DNA from: Saprolegnia diclina VS20
Lineage: Eukaryota
DNA: 64,000 bases
NCBI RefSeq assembly: GCF_000281045.1
Contig: NW_008246076.1
Location: 670,727-734,726 of the forward strand
Direction: 5' to 3'
In this document: positions 10,045 to 22,653 of the stretch, piece after piece
Position numbering within the stretch: the first letter of the stretch is position 1
Layout of the letters: every line of letters begins with the position of its first letter
Position numbers and translations under genes: made by a program
Notes under the pieces: model-generated
What the model saw: only the letters and a program-made list of their open reading frames with translations
Database searches by the model: none
What the model was told of the DNA's origin: nothing

Positions 10045-13000
10045 ATGGCTACGGCGGTCGCCGCCGCCAAGGCCAAGACCAAAGGCAAGCGGCTGCTCCA
10101 GGATGTTCTGAATGCCCATGGCGACATTGAGACTTCCGAGGAGAAAGCATCGGCGCTGGCCAACTGGAACAAGCGCAAGACCCTCGCGCAAGCCAACGGC
10201 GGTTGGCAATGGCGGTCGGGGGACTCGCCGTATCTGCTGCCGCAGCACAAGATCGACCCGTCCAAGGTCGCGATCGAAGTTGCTAGCTTGGTGCACATTG
10301 GAAAGGAGATGGACGCGTTCTTGGCCGCGGCGTCGCCATCGAGCAAACCCAAGCCGCCACCCCCGCCACCCCCCAAAGTCTGCAGCTGGAGGTACGGGAT
10401 TCGTCTTGTCAACGTACCTGTCATTATGTGTTGTATCTAGTCTTTTGCACAAGGGCAAACTCTACGTTTGCTCCAACGTCCTTCGCAATGAACCTGAGCT
10501 CGCGGGGCGTCGATGTCCGTGGCACGCCCCGACCTGCCGCGCCCCCACGCACAACGCCCCCCCGGCCAAAATCACAGTGCCCAACGACATGGCGCTATGT
10601 CTTCCTTGCTATGCGATAGCGCATGCCGGGCAACCCAAGCTGCAACAGACGCCGGTTGTTATCGATATTCTCCGACTGCCCGGCGTCCGCATCACCGACG
10701 CGCAGACCGTCGTCGACCAGTCGGCCAACGCCGCGAATGCAGCCACGAAAGCGATAGGCGTCGTGTACAGTGCCACGTCACTCTGCACGTGGCAAGGATT
10801 TCTTCCGGGCCAGAGCTCGCTCAAGCCGTTTATTTGCACACACACGGTGCTGCAGCACCCCGTGTACCTCACGTATTTACCCCACTGTGGGTACCATGCG
10901 CCCGTGTGTGTCTTTTCCAACACACAGCGGCGGGGCACGTGTCCGGACCTCGTTCTCTTTAACCAGCACGGTCTGTGCAAGAATCACTTCGAAGCCCACT
11001 TGAGCACGTACGTTGTGCATATTTCTCTACAAATTTTTCTCGTTTTCTCGTTTTGATTCTTATCGTCAACTAGGTTGGCACTCGAAGATCGCGAGATGGA
11101 CGTTGCCTACACCTCGCTCTTTGCGTGTCCGAATGTCATCAACACCAACGACCTCGATCGACACGACAAGAAACACCCGCTGGCCCCCCGAACGCGACCA
11201 CCCCCCCAGCGAGCCGCGGCCCCCACCCTTTTGAACGGCCGGCGATCTTTGTTTCAACAATTGATTCCCGAACCCGTTCAAACGTTATGGTGGCAAGTCA
11301 ACTTTCTTCGCAAAGGGCCGCGTGTCGCGATAGCCCTGCAGCGCGTCTTTCGTGGCAACCGCGCCCGCCGCCGCGTTCACGCTCTCAAGATGGCACTGGC
11401 GTACGATCTCATAAGACAATCTGTCCATTTTCCTCCACACTATACATTGTCTAGTGCAAAGAAGCGCGTCGCGGCCTGCATTTTCCTACAGACACTCTGG
11501 CGCCGGCGACAAGCACAGCGGCACGTCGAGCACTACCGACGCCTCTTCCTCGTCGGCACGCACTGCCTACAGCGCCTCGTGCGGGGGTACCTCGGTCGTC
11601 GGCGGGCCAAGCATCTGCGCGCTCTCTCGCGCCTCTACTGGGTAATTGGTGTCACAATCGCGGTGCACAAAGCCATCGCGACGCTCCGGGCGCGCGTCGA
11701 TCTCCGCCGATGTCTCTCGTACACGCTTTTTCTACTTGGACTCGGTTGAATCGAGTCATGCTTGGCGACTAGGGGCGACCTCTCAGCCGACGACACGCTG
11801 GCCATCTACCTCTTTCGTCGATGGCGCGCTGCCCGCGTCTTGGCGCGGGCCATGCGCAACTGGCGAGCCCGCCGCGCCCATGCCAAACTGCAAGCGCAAG
11901 CCAAATTTCAGGCGTTTATGGCGGCCATCACGATCCAGCGCGCGTGGAAGCTGTACCTGCGCCGAAAATTGCTCCAGCGACGCTATCGCGCTGCGCAGTG
12001 CATTCAAGCCAGAACGCGAGGGTCCCTTAGTCGGACGCTCTGGGCGGGGGACCCCGGAATTTGCTTCCACGTTGCATTTACCAATCCAAAAAGCGGCGTG
12101 CTCTACCGACACGACCGCGTGCTGCCGCAGACCAACGCGTCGTACTCGGTGCGTTTTCTATCAAGTAGGGGTAGGGTATCACACACGAGGGGTAGGTACC
12201 GGCCCGACGCGCGCGGTACGATCTTGCCACTCGGACACTGCAGCGACTCTATCGTGGTCTTTGTGGCCGACTTCGCGCCAACGCTGCTTGGGTGGCCATG
12301 GAAAAGCGCTGGTTGTGGATCGATCCGACACTCACTGATGGCACGCGCATCGATACTGTCCTACTGACGCCTTTTTCATTGTTTTGCGTACTTTAGACCA
12401 CGCGCATCTCAAACACAAGCTACCGAGTGCTAGCTACCACACGTCCAAGGACCATCATATGCGCAAGATCTGTACGGGGCCAACGAGTCCCTTTGGACAT
12501 GCGTACAAGGACATTGACGACCTGTATCGGGACATGCACGGTGAGCGCTGCGAAGCTGTGCCGCCCATCACATGCAAGCCACCGATGCCAAGTGACCGCG
12601 GCCCGACAGAGGTTGTAGACAAGCGAGGTGGTATTAGTGAGCTGCGGCTCACGGCGCAGCCCCCCACGAGCTTTCACGCGTTGTCCAAGGGGCTTATGAT
12701 CGACATGGCCCTCTACCCGGTCGGTACGCTTGTGCAAGTGCGCATGGGGCGGAAGCGACAAATGCAAGTGACGTCGCACGCCGGTCGCATCCGAAAGCAG
12801 CACCCGGCATGCGGCACCGTCGACATCGACTACCTTCCGGTACAGTTTAACCCTGCGCTACGTGCGAGTCTACACCAAGGGTAGGGGCTAAAATCGCTGC
12901 GAGGAATCGCAATTACCGAAGAGAAGAACGTGGCGATCCAACGGCTCTCGATTCCCTTTCAACCGCCCAAACCGGCGCCTCCACGCTTGGTGGAGCAAGC

Positions 13001-15050
13001 TGCCGCGGCGCTCGCGGCAGTACAAGCCATCGACGTGACCCGACCGGTGGTCGTTGGCGACAAGGCCTTGCTGCAGGTTCCCGACCAAGCACGATCCCGC
13101 GCTGCCGCCTACCACGAGCTTGTGGTGACGCTGCGGCATCAGCAAACCGATTTGCTTGCTGACGACGCCGCGTTTATCAACTATGTGTTTTGCCATCACG
13201 ACTTGCTCTCGCGCTACTGGCTTCGGCTCGTTCACGACATCAAGGAAGGCGTCAACACGGACCCGAGCTTTCTTCCGTCCCCCTCGGGCCTCGATGTACG
13301 TCTGTTGTCGACTACATTGTATGCAGGACAATATTGTCCTTCAGGGGTTCATTGAACCGCTGCCGGCCGTCGCGGCGGCGCTGAAACTCCGACTGGAACA
13401 GCTCGGATACCCGTCCGATCCGAGCGCGAATGGCGCCCCGCCGCGCCCCAAGGTTTGCGCGTTGCATATTGTTAGCTTTGTATCGATATTTTTGGGTAGA
13501 TGACGCCGCCGACGTCACACGTCTCGCTTCAAACGTCCGTTGATGATATGCACATTCTCTTCCACCACGGTATGCGAGATCGTGCTCGACGATGTACGAT
13601 ATTGTCATATTTTATAGAATCGACGACGACGCCGCCCTGCTCCAAAGACGACGCTGAGATGACGCCCGACACCCTCTCGCTCGCCGATATTCACAAGCTC
13701 GTGTACCATCTCAAGGTATCGTTGCGTGTTGAGTTGTTGGATAGTTGGATACTGGATACTGGATAGTCCTTGCCACGACAACCGGCGCTCGATACGATTC
13801 TCAAGGTGACGACCCGAAACATTCGAACGTTTGTCTGCAGCCATCCCGCGTGCGGTCGCTGCTTCTCGTACGACCCTTCTCCCTACTATGACGCTGTGTG
13901 TAAAGTGGTGCTATTATAGCACCAGCGAAGGGGCCAAGAGCCACCAACACGTCCACGCCAACAAGGTGCGCCTCGTTGCCGGCGATCCGCTCGTGGATCA
14001 GGTACAAGCAATAGCGTGTGCATTAGCGCTTCTATAGACTTTCCCTTTTCTAGTACATGGTCAAACACTGGCCCCCCGAGAGTCCGTGGCGCGACGACAA
14101 CTATACGTTTATGCTGAGTACGTACATCGGTCTAGAGCGTTCAGACCAATATTGCCGTGTAGGTAAAACCGGCTACTTCAAGTGTCCACACTGTGACAAG
14201 GAATATCGGACCAAGCGCGAACTCTACCAGTGGCTATTTCGACGTATATTTCGTCGACTCAATTTACAATTTGACTAGGCATGCCACCGATGTCCACGGC
14301 CGGGAAGCCGCCAAAGACCGACAAAGTCAGACCAACAAACAGCTCATTTGGCTCGGGACAGGCGACCGCGTCGAAGACCTCTCCCTCTTGTTTCCACCTC
14401 TCTTTCGGGGACACCAAGCGCCGTGTACAGCTTGTCATAGCATGGTACTTATTGCTCTTACAAAAAAATCACTCCGTGGAACGTAAATAATGTAGCTGCT
14501 GCGCCCGACCGCGCGCTGTCGACGCTACCCGTCGCTAAGCATTCTCTCCAAAGACGCCGACGCCATCATCTTTACAACTGCATACCCGACGTTCGCCCCC
14601 GAGATCCAGCTCACGTGTACCGACTGTGGGCAGCTCGGTGGCGCCAACCAAGAATCAACCTTTAAACTGCGGCGGTATTTGCACCTTGAAGCCCTCGTGC
14701 GCGACAGCGACCAAGACGACTGGATGATTGGATATCTCTATCGACCGCCACCGGTGGCGGCGTCGGCGCAAGAGGCCTTGATCTGGGGCTACGACTACCG
14801 CAACGAGCTGCTCTTGGACACGAGCCGCGTCATTTGCGTCCGCGCGACCCAGTGCGTGGGGTACGGCATGGTGTACGCGTGCTCGCGCACGTACTTCCAC
14901 CGCTTCCACCGGGGCACGTCGGGGCACATGGAGAAATTCTGTCGTCCGTTGCGCCCCACGTCAACATCGCCGGGCTCCAAGCGACTCTCATTGCTTCTCG
15001 CCGAGACGCATGTGGAGACAGTGGATCGCGCGCAAACGTCGACGACGTAG
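10045..15050 (+). CDS. Large multi-exon protein with Cys/His-rich N-terminus, IQ motifs and C2H2 zinc fingers
   Basis: IQ motifs LQRVFRGNRARR, LQRLVRGYLGRR, IQRAWK and IQARTRG. C2H2-like segments CSHPACGRCF and FKCPHCDKEY. Successive + strand exons are linked by short introns; may be more than one gene. Confidence 0.6.
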
Positions 15051-15555
15051 CGCACGTCGAATCGAGCAGCGTTGCATGGCCTTCATGTGTGATGCAGCAA
15101 AGGCGACGAGTCGGATTCAGACACTTATTTGTTGTGGTCAAATGGGTGGCGTCACTCTTCAGGTTGCTCGGGGCGGGAAGAGGGGTAGGGTCCACGCAAA
15201 ATGCAGTGTGCTGGATGGCCAACGCGACCGCGGTGCTGACGACTATCTCTATAGCGATCGATGCCATCGCTACACCGAGCATCGTAGATGTCACGCCGCA
15301 TCGACGTACGGGTCGTGGTCGAGTCCACCTCGATGGCACGACAGCCCAAGGAAAATACTGTAGAGGGTGCCTTTTGCTGCGACGTCACCGATGCACAATG
15401 GATCGCGTCGCCATCGCTGTCGCAGCTGCAGAGGAATTGGAGCCAGCTCTGTGGAGTGTTCTGCCGACGCGACATTTCTTGTGCAAACGCTTATATCCCC
15501 ACAGAACACACACAAAGCTCGAATTTTCCACGACATGAATTGAGTGAAAATATGT

Positions 15556-17547
15556 CTACCGCCGGATCATGCGGTCCACAATCATCATGTAGCCTTTGCC
15601 CGCAATGAAATGCCGGAACGGTCCTTCTTCCAGCGCGCGGAGCACGTCGTGCTGCACGCGGTAAAAAAGGTGGGGCGACGGGTAATTCTCGAGCAAATTG
15701 TTGGCTTCCGTGTCCATCGCAATACTCAACCGGCGATTCTTTTGACTCTCATGGAACGCCGTCCGGCACACGTCCATGTCGACATCGCTGAGCTCGGCGC
15801 CGGCCTTTTGCGACGCCTATTTCAATGTTGAAATAATTGTACAATATTGTTTTCGCAAAACCGAACCGGCAAATACTGGAGCAAAATGGTCTTGACGTGC
15901 TCCCACTCGTCCCGCGCCGTCGAACGCAGCGTCGGGTTGGTCACCGACGGATTAATGTGGTGCTGATACCGCGTAATGCCATTATGGCGAAACGCCTCGC
16001 ACTCGGTCCACGTGTCGAGGAGGACGGTCTTGGCCGCGACGTGCTGGACAATGTAGTCGCGAAAGAGCTTGCGAAGGACAGGGTTGCTTAATATCCCCGT
16101 GACGGCAAACGGCGTCGCGGTATTCTGCAGCTCGCACGTCGTGACCGTCTAGATGTTGTTGAATATTGTCCTTCATTATATGGACAGCGTGTACCTCGTC
16201 GACAATGATGATCTCGGCCTTGGAGAGCGCTTGGTTCTCACTGCAGAGCCGGATTTCCCGGTGAAGTGCATGGATCCACGCCACCATGAGGTCGTCGCTG
16301 CCGGCGCACAGCTACAGGTGACAAATTGTACGTTGAAAAATCCTACAAAATGCGTGTACGCGGTAGACGCGACGCGACGTATGGAGCTCAAAACAGTGCG
16401 GGATTTGCTACACAAGGCAACATTGGTCATCGTTCCATCAACCATGGCGAATGCATACCACGTCAGCCTTGACAATGCACGAATTCAGGAGCGGAATCGC
16501 AGTGATATCGCGTTGGTTCATCTCCGATTTGCAATAAAACAGCTTGTCTTCCTACACGCAAATATGTCGAATCGAAACACGAATTTTCAAAGTGGAAATG
16601 AGGTACCTTGAGGACAAACCAGCGCGTACGCCAGACATTGGCGTCCTTGAGACTCGCCTTCTTGAGCGTGCCAGATCGCATCCCCTAAGGCCACATTCCA
16701 GATTGCGTTTGTGACGCGCCATCGTCGTCGTCGTACCTGGCCGAGCTTTTGGGGAAACGCAAACACAGTGTCTTGCGAGTTGGTGTTGCTTGTACGCGGC
16801 TCCAAGTCTGCGTCCAAGTCGATGGGCTTGGCGCGCGTGTCCTATCGCAAAATATCACTTTCGATTCGTATATTCGTTGCCAGTGTCGTACCTTGAAGAC
16901 AAATTTGAGCGTTTGGCGGGCGCGGTGACGGGGCTTGACGCGCACGGGCCCCATGTGATCGAGCGAAATCTCGGGCAGCGACTGTCGTTCGGCATGGAAT
17001 TGCTCTTGGGCCTGCAAGATGGACTCTTCATCCTGCAGCGTCCGCGCCGACATGGACGAGCCTGCGCAACAATGTGGTCAGTGGCAGCCATTTCAAGAGG
17101 TGAATTCGGACCCTTGCCGCTGGCAAAGACCATGAGAATCGCATAGTACTCAAGCTGCTTGCGCGAGACGTGGAGCTTGGTGGCCATGGTTTGGCGGACC
17201 TAAATACCATAAGCATGAGGCGACGAGGTGGGTGCGGAAGAGTACGTCGCGCACGAGCGTCTGCTCTTCGACGCGGAGCACGGTTGAGGACGTAAAGTTG
17301 TCGCTCTCAAAGTAGATGCGCACAAAGCCTCGGCGGACCGGCGACGGCGCGCCCAGCTTGGCTTCGTCAAGGCCAAGGCCCACGCCGCCATTCGCTTCGT
17401 CTATCCCACAGCCACGTCGAGGATCAGGATGGGCAGATGGGCTAGCGTACGCTGCTTGCGCAGGAGGCGGTCGTGGTCTTCCTCATCGTCCGTGTCGAGG
17501 CTCTCGTAGGTAGTGACGTCGGCGTCCTTCTTGGCCATCATCTGCAT
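15556..17547 (-). CDS. RA-like + PH + RGS-like domain protein (multi-exon)
   Basis: GFVRIYFE..STVLRVEEQTLVRDV (RA/ubiquitin-like), RSGTLKK...WRTRWFVLK and WIHALHR (PH), LFYRVQHDVLRALEEGPFRHFI (RGS C-terminal helices). Confidence 0.65.
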
Positions 17548-18162
17548 CCTCAGTCGGTCCGTCGACGGGTCCGGCGCCGCTGGTCGCGCGAACACCCAAA
17601 AATGAACTCTCGTTATCTGTCTTGCTTCGAGCGCACGGCGATTGGCCGAAATCCGTGGCTTTTGGAACTTCGAACTTCGGGTAGCACCCAACCATGGTTG
17701 CCATACAAAAACCAAGGTAAAGGTCGCGTAAGTGCGTTTCCAACGCCACCCGGTTTGTGATTGGTCATTGAAAATTAAAATATCCGGTCACCTTGCATAC
17801 TTTGTTTTCAATATAAAATACACAAAACCGCAAGAGAAGGGTCGCTGCGGTCAAGTGGGAACGACACCGCAGCCTCATAGACGCAGCTCGTGGTCCCTTC
17901 CCATACTATGCACATATTGTCTACCACACAGCGAGAGCCTATTTCAAAAATCCGACTTCCATCACCGAAACATTTCATATTATTCTCGCGAACCTCAACC
18001 GGTGCTGGCCATATCAACGATCGACAGCAAGCTCGGCCGGCCTCTGTGCACCGTGAATGATGGAAGGCAGAAGCAGAATCCTCCCAGAACTATAATAGCG
18101 TCGCTCCCAGCTAAACTCATCACACGATTCCAAGTCCAAGTCCTTCGAAATGTTCTCTTCTA

Positions 18163-18819
18163 TTAATGGTGTGGCAATGACGTGGCGGGCTCCAGAGGGT
18201 TCCACGCAAACACGTCTTCATGAGGCACGAGAAGCGCATCGAGCTGTCGGGCTGCCACGTAAGGTCGCTGCGCCGCGACAAAGTCAGTCACGTCCACGAT
18301 GCCGTCGACCATCGACGAGGAGAACGCGAGAAGTGCGTCGCCGCGAAGGCCAATCTGAAGCGCGCGGCGGCCGAGGTGGCGGCTGCCGTCGGGCACGTGG
18401 TCGGGGTCCCACTGCAAGCGAATGTTGGAGTTGAGAATGCGCTGCGTCCACTCGTCCCGCGTGACCGCGCCGTCCTCGCATGTGCTGAGCACGCCGTCCG
18501 TGATCAGCTGGTTGAAGGCATCGCGCTGGACGTACAGGGCGAGAATGCCCTCTTGGTTGATCGCTGTTGCCCACTTCGACCGAAACATCATCCAGAGAAA
18601 GTTGGGTTTGATCCACGTCATGCGCTGGAGGCTGTAGCCGGCGGCGACCACGCTCGGTGCGTGCAGGCACTGCGCGGCGACGATCGCGGCCGCGAGCTTG
18701 GCATTGTACGCCTGGTACACGACGACGTGCGACGACGTTTGGTGCGCCAGCACCACGCGGCCCGTCGACGGCCAGCGCGCCTCAGCGTCCACATACTTCT
18801 CGTACGTCAACGGCTCCAT
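18163..18819 (-). CDS. DUF4291 family protein
   Basis: VYQAYN, RMTWIKPNFLWMMFRS, IRLQWDPDH and RRALQIGL are DUF4291 signature motifs. Intronless. Confidence 0.85.
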   Translation of the reverse strand: MEPLTYEKYVDAEARWPSTGRVVLAHQTSSHVVVYQAYNAKLAAAIVAAQCLHAPSVVAAGYSLQRMTWIKPNFLWMMFRSKWATAINQEGILALYVQRDAFNQLITDGVLSTCEDGAVTRDEWTQRILNSNIRLQWDPDHVPDGSRHLGRRALQIGLRGDALLAFSSSMVDGIVDVTDFVAAQRPYVAARQLDALLVPHEDVFAWNPLEPATSLPHH

Positions 18820-19107
18820 CGCACGCAGCGAGCTGTGCAGTCGCGTTGTGCCCACTTTCACGTCAATGACTGCTAAAGACCATCACTCAGACTCAAACGA
18901 CGTACACTCGCATGGCTCTGCTGCCAGAGCGACCAAACCCAGCATCATGTGTCGTGTCCTCTGCGATATGGACTGTAGACAGTAGTGTCGGCAGACGAAT
19001 AGACAATATGTTCCATTTCAGCGGGTGCGCACGTGGACAGGTGCCGTCCTAGCCTTTGTAGCCAGGCGCTTGGACGCTTTTGTCGCGTACTTTACGAGAA
19101 GATCGCT

Positions 19108-20355
19108 ATGGAGCCCGAGGTGAGCCGGTGGCTCGACTGCGGACTGCAGTGGACGGCGGTGGCGGCTCTCGTGCTCCTAGCGCTGCGCCACATGATGCAT
19201 GCACTTTCCCACCAGAGTTGTCGCCACGTCACCGCGTGGGAGCTGCCCCTCTTTGTCTCGTTCTTGCAGCTGACCGCCGGCCTCGCGACGCTTGGCCCAC
19301 CTCTCGCCGATCGTTCGAACCTCGACGGGTTTGTCTGGGTCTTCTTGCTACTACCAGCGTCGTCGTCGTCGGCGCCATCGATTGCAGGCACGAGCGGCTG
19401 GCTCGGCTTGGCGGCGCGTCATGGGTACGCGACCGCGACGATCGGCCCAAGCGTGGCGTTGAACGTCGCCTGTCTTCTCGCGCCGCTTCTGACGGCATTA
19501 CTCGTAGCCACAGCGCTGTACCTCTCGCCCTGCGGCCACGTCAACATGGCCGTCACGCCGACGCTGCCCGAGCGCTGCCGGGCGGTCGCGCTCCGGCTCG
19601 TCGGGACGTTCTTTCTGGCGCTGCACCTTTTACTCTTGCCGAGCGTCGTGGTTTGCCTCTCGATCCTCCAAGACGGTCGCTCGGGGCAGATGCTCATCGT
19701 TGCTGCCATGGCGGCCATGGCCACCTGCCTCGTGCTACTTGTCGCGGTCGCCGTCGAGCACATGCACCTTCGGTGCCCCTCGATATTTCGAAGCTTCCAC
19801 GCGCCCTACCTCGCCGACGCCACATGGTTTCCAGCGATCGATGCGATGACGCACGTCCTTCTTGGCGCGAGTCTCAGTCTCTCTGGGCCCAACGTTCTCG
19901 TGCTGCAAGTGGCGCTGCTGAGCGCGATCCTTGCCACGTACGTCGTCCTGTTGGTCGCCGTATCGCCCTATGCTACGCGCGTGAGCATGCGCTGCGCGGT
20001 CGCCGCCAAGCTCGCACAGCTCGGCTGCCTTGGCTTACGCGCCAGCATGGTCTTGGCGCCTGAGACGACCGCGACCGCGCACGCCACCTTGCTCGGGGCC
20101 GTTGGCAGTGTCGTTGTCAGCACTCTTCTTTGGCAACTGGTGGCGCTTCGACGACGTTGGCGTAGCGCCAGAGACGGCAGCACTGACCACCACGGGACGT
20201 CGCCCGACCCGCGAGGCCTTACAGCAATCTTTACGCACCGCGCGTTCACGCCCACGAGAGGCCACTCGATTGCGTCGTATGGGGCGAGTCCCAACGAGCT
20301 GGTGTTTGTCCAGCTTACGTCGCCACCTGCCCGTCGCCCGAGCATGTTTATTTAG
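19108..20355 (+). CDS. Multi-pass membrane protein, unknown function
   Basis: Long intronless ORF with about 9 hydrophobic segments. Confidence 0.65.
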   Translation: MEPEVSRWLDCGLQWTAVAALVLLALRHMMHALSHQSCRHVTAWELPLFVSFLQLTAGLATLGPPLADRSNLDGFVWVFLLLPASSSSAPSIAGTSGWLGLAARHGYATATIGPSVALNVACLLAPLLTALLVATALYLSPCGHVNMAVTPTLPERCRAVALRLVGTFFLALHLLLLPSVVVCLSILQDGRSGQMLIVAAMAAMATCLVLLVAVAVEHMHLRCPSIFRSFHAPYLADATWFPAIDAMTHVLLGASLSLSGPNVLVLQVALLSAILATYVVLLVAVSPYATRVSMRCAVAAKLAQLGCLGLRASMVLAPETTATAHATLLGAVGSVVVSTLLWQLVALRRRWRSARDGSTDHHGTSPDPRGLTAIFTHRAFTPTRGHSIASYGASPNELVFVQLTSPPARRPSMFI

Positions 20356-20417
20356 CCAGCCTTTAAGTTAGTCGCTTAATGGAGTCGTCATGTAATAGTA
20401 CTAAGTATTGCATTCCG

Positions 20418-22278
20418 CTAGCCTTGGGCGCGGATCGTCTCGGGGCCGCCCGTGTTCTTGAGCTGCACGAGGAGGCTGCGCATGCGCGTCGTGTCAAGGA
20501 GATCGACGTCGTCCTTCTTTTTCCTGCCACCCACATCAGATCGCATCGTATCAAGTTGATAGAGTACTTTTCGGCGTCCGTCTTGATCTTGGCCGGCGCC
20601 GACATATCGACGAGGTCCGTCACACGGTTCCACGGTTGCTCGGACGACGCGGCCGCGAGCGCGGCTTGCGTTTGCTTCTTCTGCTCTTCGTGCTCTCTAC
20701 GGTTTGGATTCGAAGACCAGCTGCATTCGTAGGACGCTAACCGGTTGGTCGCGGCGCGGTGGGCGAGCTTGTCGGTACGGTCGCCATAGTACTTGTCGAG
20801 ATCCTAGTCATTGTCAGCGTCGTCGTGACGAATGTAGCATGAGGAGTACCTCTTCGGCCTTGGCGCGGACTTCCTTGATGAGCGCCTCTTCCTTCACGCG
20901 CTTCTCTTCGACCTCGGCCGCCTGCTTTTGCTCAAATTCATCCAGCATCGGCCAGTTCTGCTGCGGGTCGGGCATCGAGGTGAACCCGCCGTCCTTGGGC
21001 TGCGACGAGTATGCTTCGGCCTTGGGCTGCGACGAGTATGCTTCGGCCTTGGGCTGCGACGTGTACCCTTCGGCCTTGGGCTGCGACGTGTAGGCAGCCG
21101 CTTTGGGCTGCGAAGTGTACGCGGCCGCCTTGGGCTGTGACGAGTACGCGCCGGGCTTACTCGAGTAGCCTTCGACAGGCACGGGCTGCGACTCGATCGG
21201 CGCGGGCGGCGGGTCGTTAAATGTGCTGCTCGGCGGCGACGGCGCTTCGTCGTAAAACTGCGCACTGTCGTCCGACGACGGCACGAACCCGTCGACGCTC
21301 TCGTCGTGTTGCGTCGATTCGGCGACAGCTTCAATGTGCGCTTGCGCATCTTGCTACACAGGACGACCATGAGCATCGCCCGTACCAGTGACATCTACCT
21401 GGGAGGTGTCGATCGAGAACGACTGCAGCGACGGGTCCTCGGCATGCGTAATCGGTGTTGCGTTCGCAGGCACGGGGTTCTCGCATGGCCCAAACGCCTC
21501 CGCGTCGGCCACGAGCTGCTCGAGCGGAATGACCCACGGCTCGACCGCGTCTTGGACGAGGCGCCAGTTCTCGCCCGTCTTGTCCGGGTCGTTGAAGTCG
21601 TACACGTTGGCCCAATGGTTGTTCTCGGGCTCGAGGTTCGCCGAGGCAAAGTGGCTCCGGAGGCCGTGGTACGCGCCGTTGAAGGGCGCAAACACCATTT
21701 GCGTCGACGTCTCGATGATCGGGTCCGTGAGCGAGTACAAAAAAAGATGGCACTGCGAGCAGTCGCGTGTCCGGAGCTGCTTGCTATCGCGATTTTGCAT
21801 GAGCGAGAAGTCGGCTCATCAGTGCGTACCAGGCCACGGTAAAGACGCAGTTGGTGCAGTTGCGCACAAACACCGACTCGGACGACGGGCCTAGGCATGT
21901 CATATCGCGTCAGAATCGTCGTCCTAAGGCCATGTCGCGCACCGATAAAGACGCGGCAGTTGACGAGGTTGTCGATCTGCACTTGGTCGCAATGGTCGAG
22001 CAAGAGCACTTGGCAGCCTTCGAGATCCGCAATGTCAAACGGTTGCCTACGCCCATGCTACATGATGCCAGCGGCGATGGCGACCTCGTCGTACCCGGCG
22101 ATCTGCCCCGGCAGCTTCATCAAGGTCTCGTCCTTCTTGGCCTTGAAGGTAAAGTTGGTCGCGAACTCGTACTTGCGCCACTCGTCGCGGTCTTCGAACT
22201 CGGTCCCATCGGAAGCGGTAAACTACAGCGAGGACTTTAACCCGAGACGTTTTATGCCGCGTGTCGTCTTACCGGCAT
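20418..22278 (-). CDS. TBCC/RP2-like domain fused to clathrin-light-chain-like C-terminus (multi-exon)
   Basis: [29 protein letters not shown] and [20 protein letters not shown] are TBCC/XRP2 motifs. C-terminal RVTDLVD...[13 protein letters not shown] is clathrin-light-chain-like. Confidence 0.75.
20994..21170. repeat. 27-bp coding tandem repeat (about 6 units) encoding Y(S/T)SQPKAxx
   Basis: Unit cttgggctgcgacgagtatgcttcggc is repeated with degeneration. Confidence 0.9.
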
Positions 22279-22653
22279 CGTGCGATTCTGCAAATGGCGT
22301 TCGCGAAAATGCCTCGCCGCCCGAAACGGCCAAATCCTGGGGTCAACGGCTCGCGTCCGGATAACACATCCGGAATTCATATCCGGATGCATAACCGCCA
22401 CGCGGATCCAGATCTGATTGCCACGACGCTGGCAGGAGCTCAAAGCGGGACCAGGAGCTCCAGAGCTCTGTGCTCGAGAGCGTTGACGAGCCACTTGGCA
22501 TTTAGAGCTTACGGAGCAACCTCGACCACCAAAGGACATGCGTGGAAGCGCAGCAGGAGTTTCTGTCCGGATACGCTACCGAAAGATGGTATCCGGATGA
22601 TCTATTGATAGATTGCACTTGCGTGGCAGCGTCTCGTTCGCGGAGAAGGTAGG

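Noticed and set aside
20994..21170. CRISPR-like array
   Set aside because: Contiguous in-frame 27-bp coding repeats without spacers, in a eukaryotic gene.
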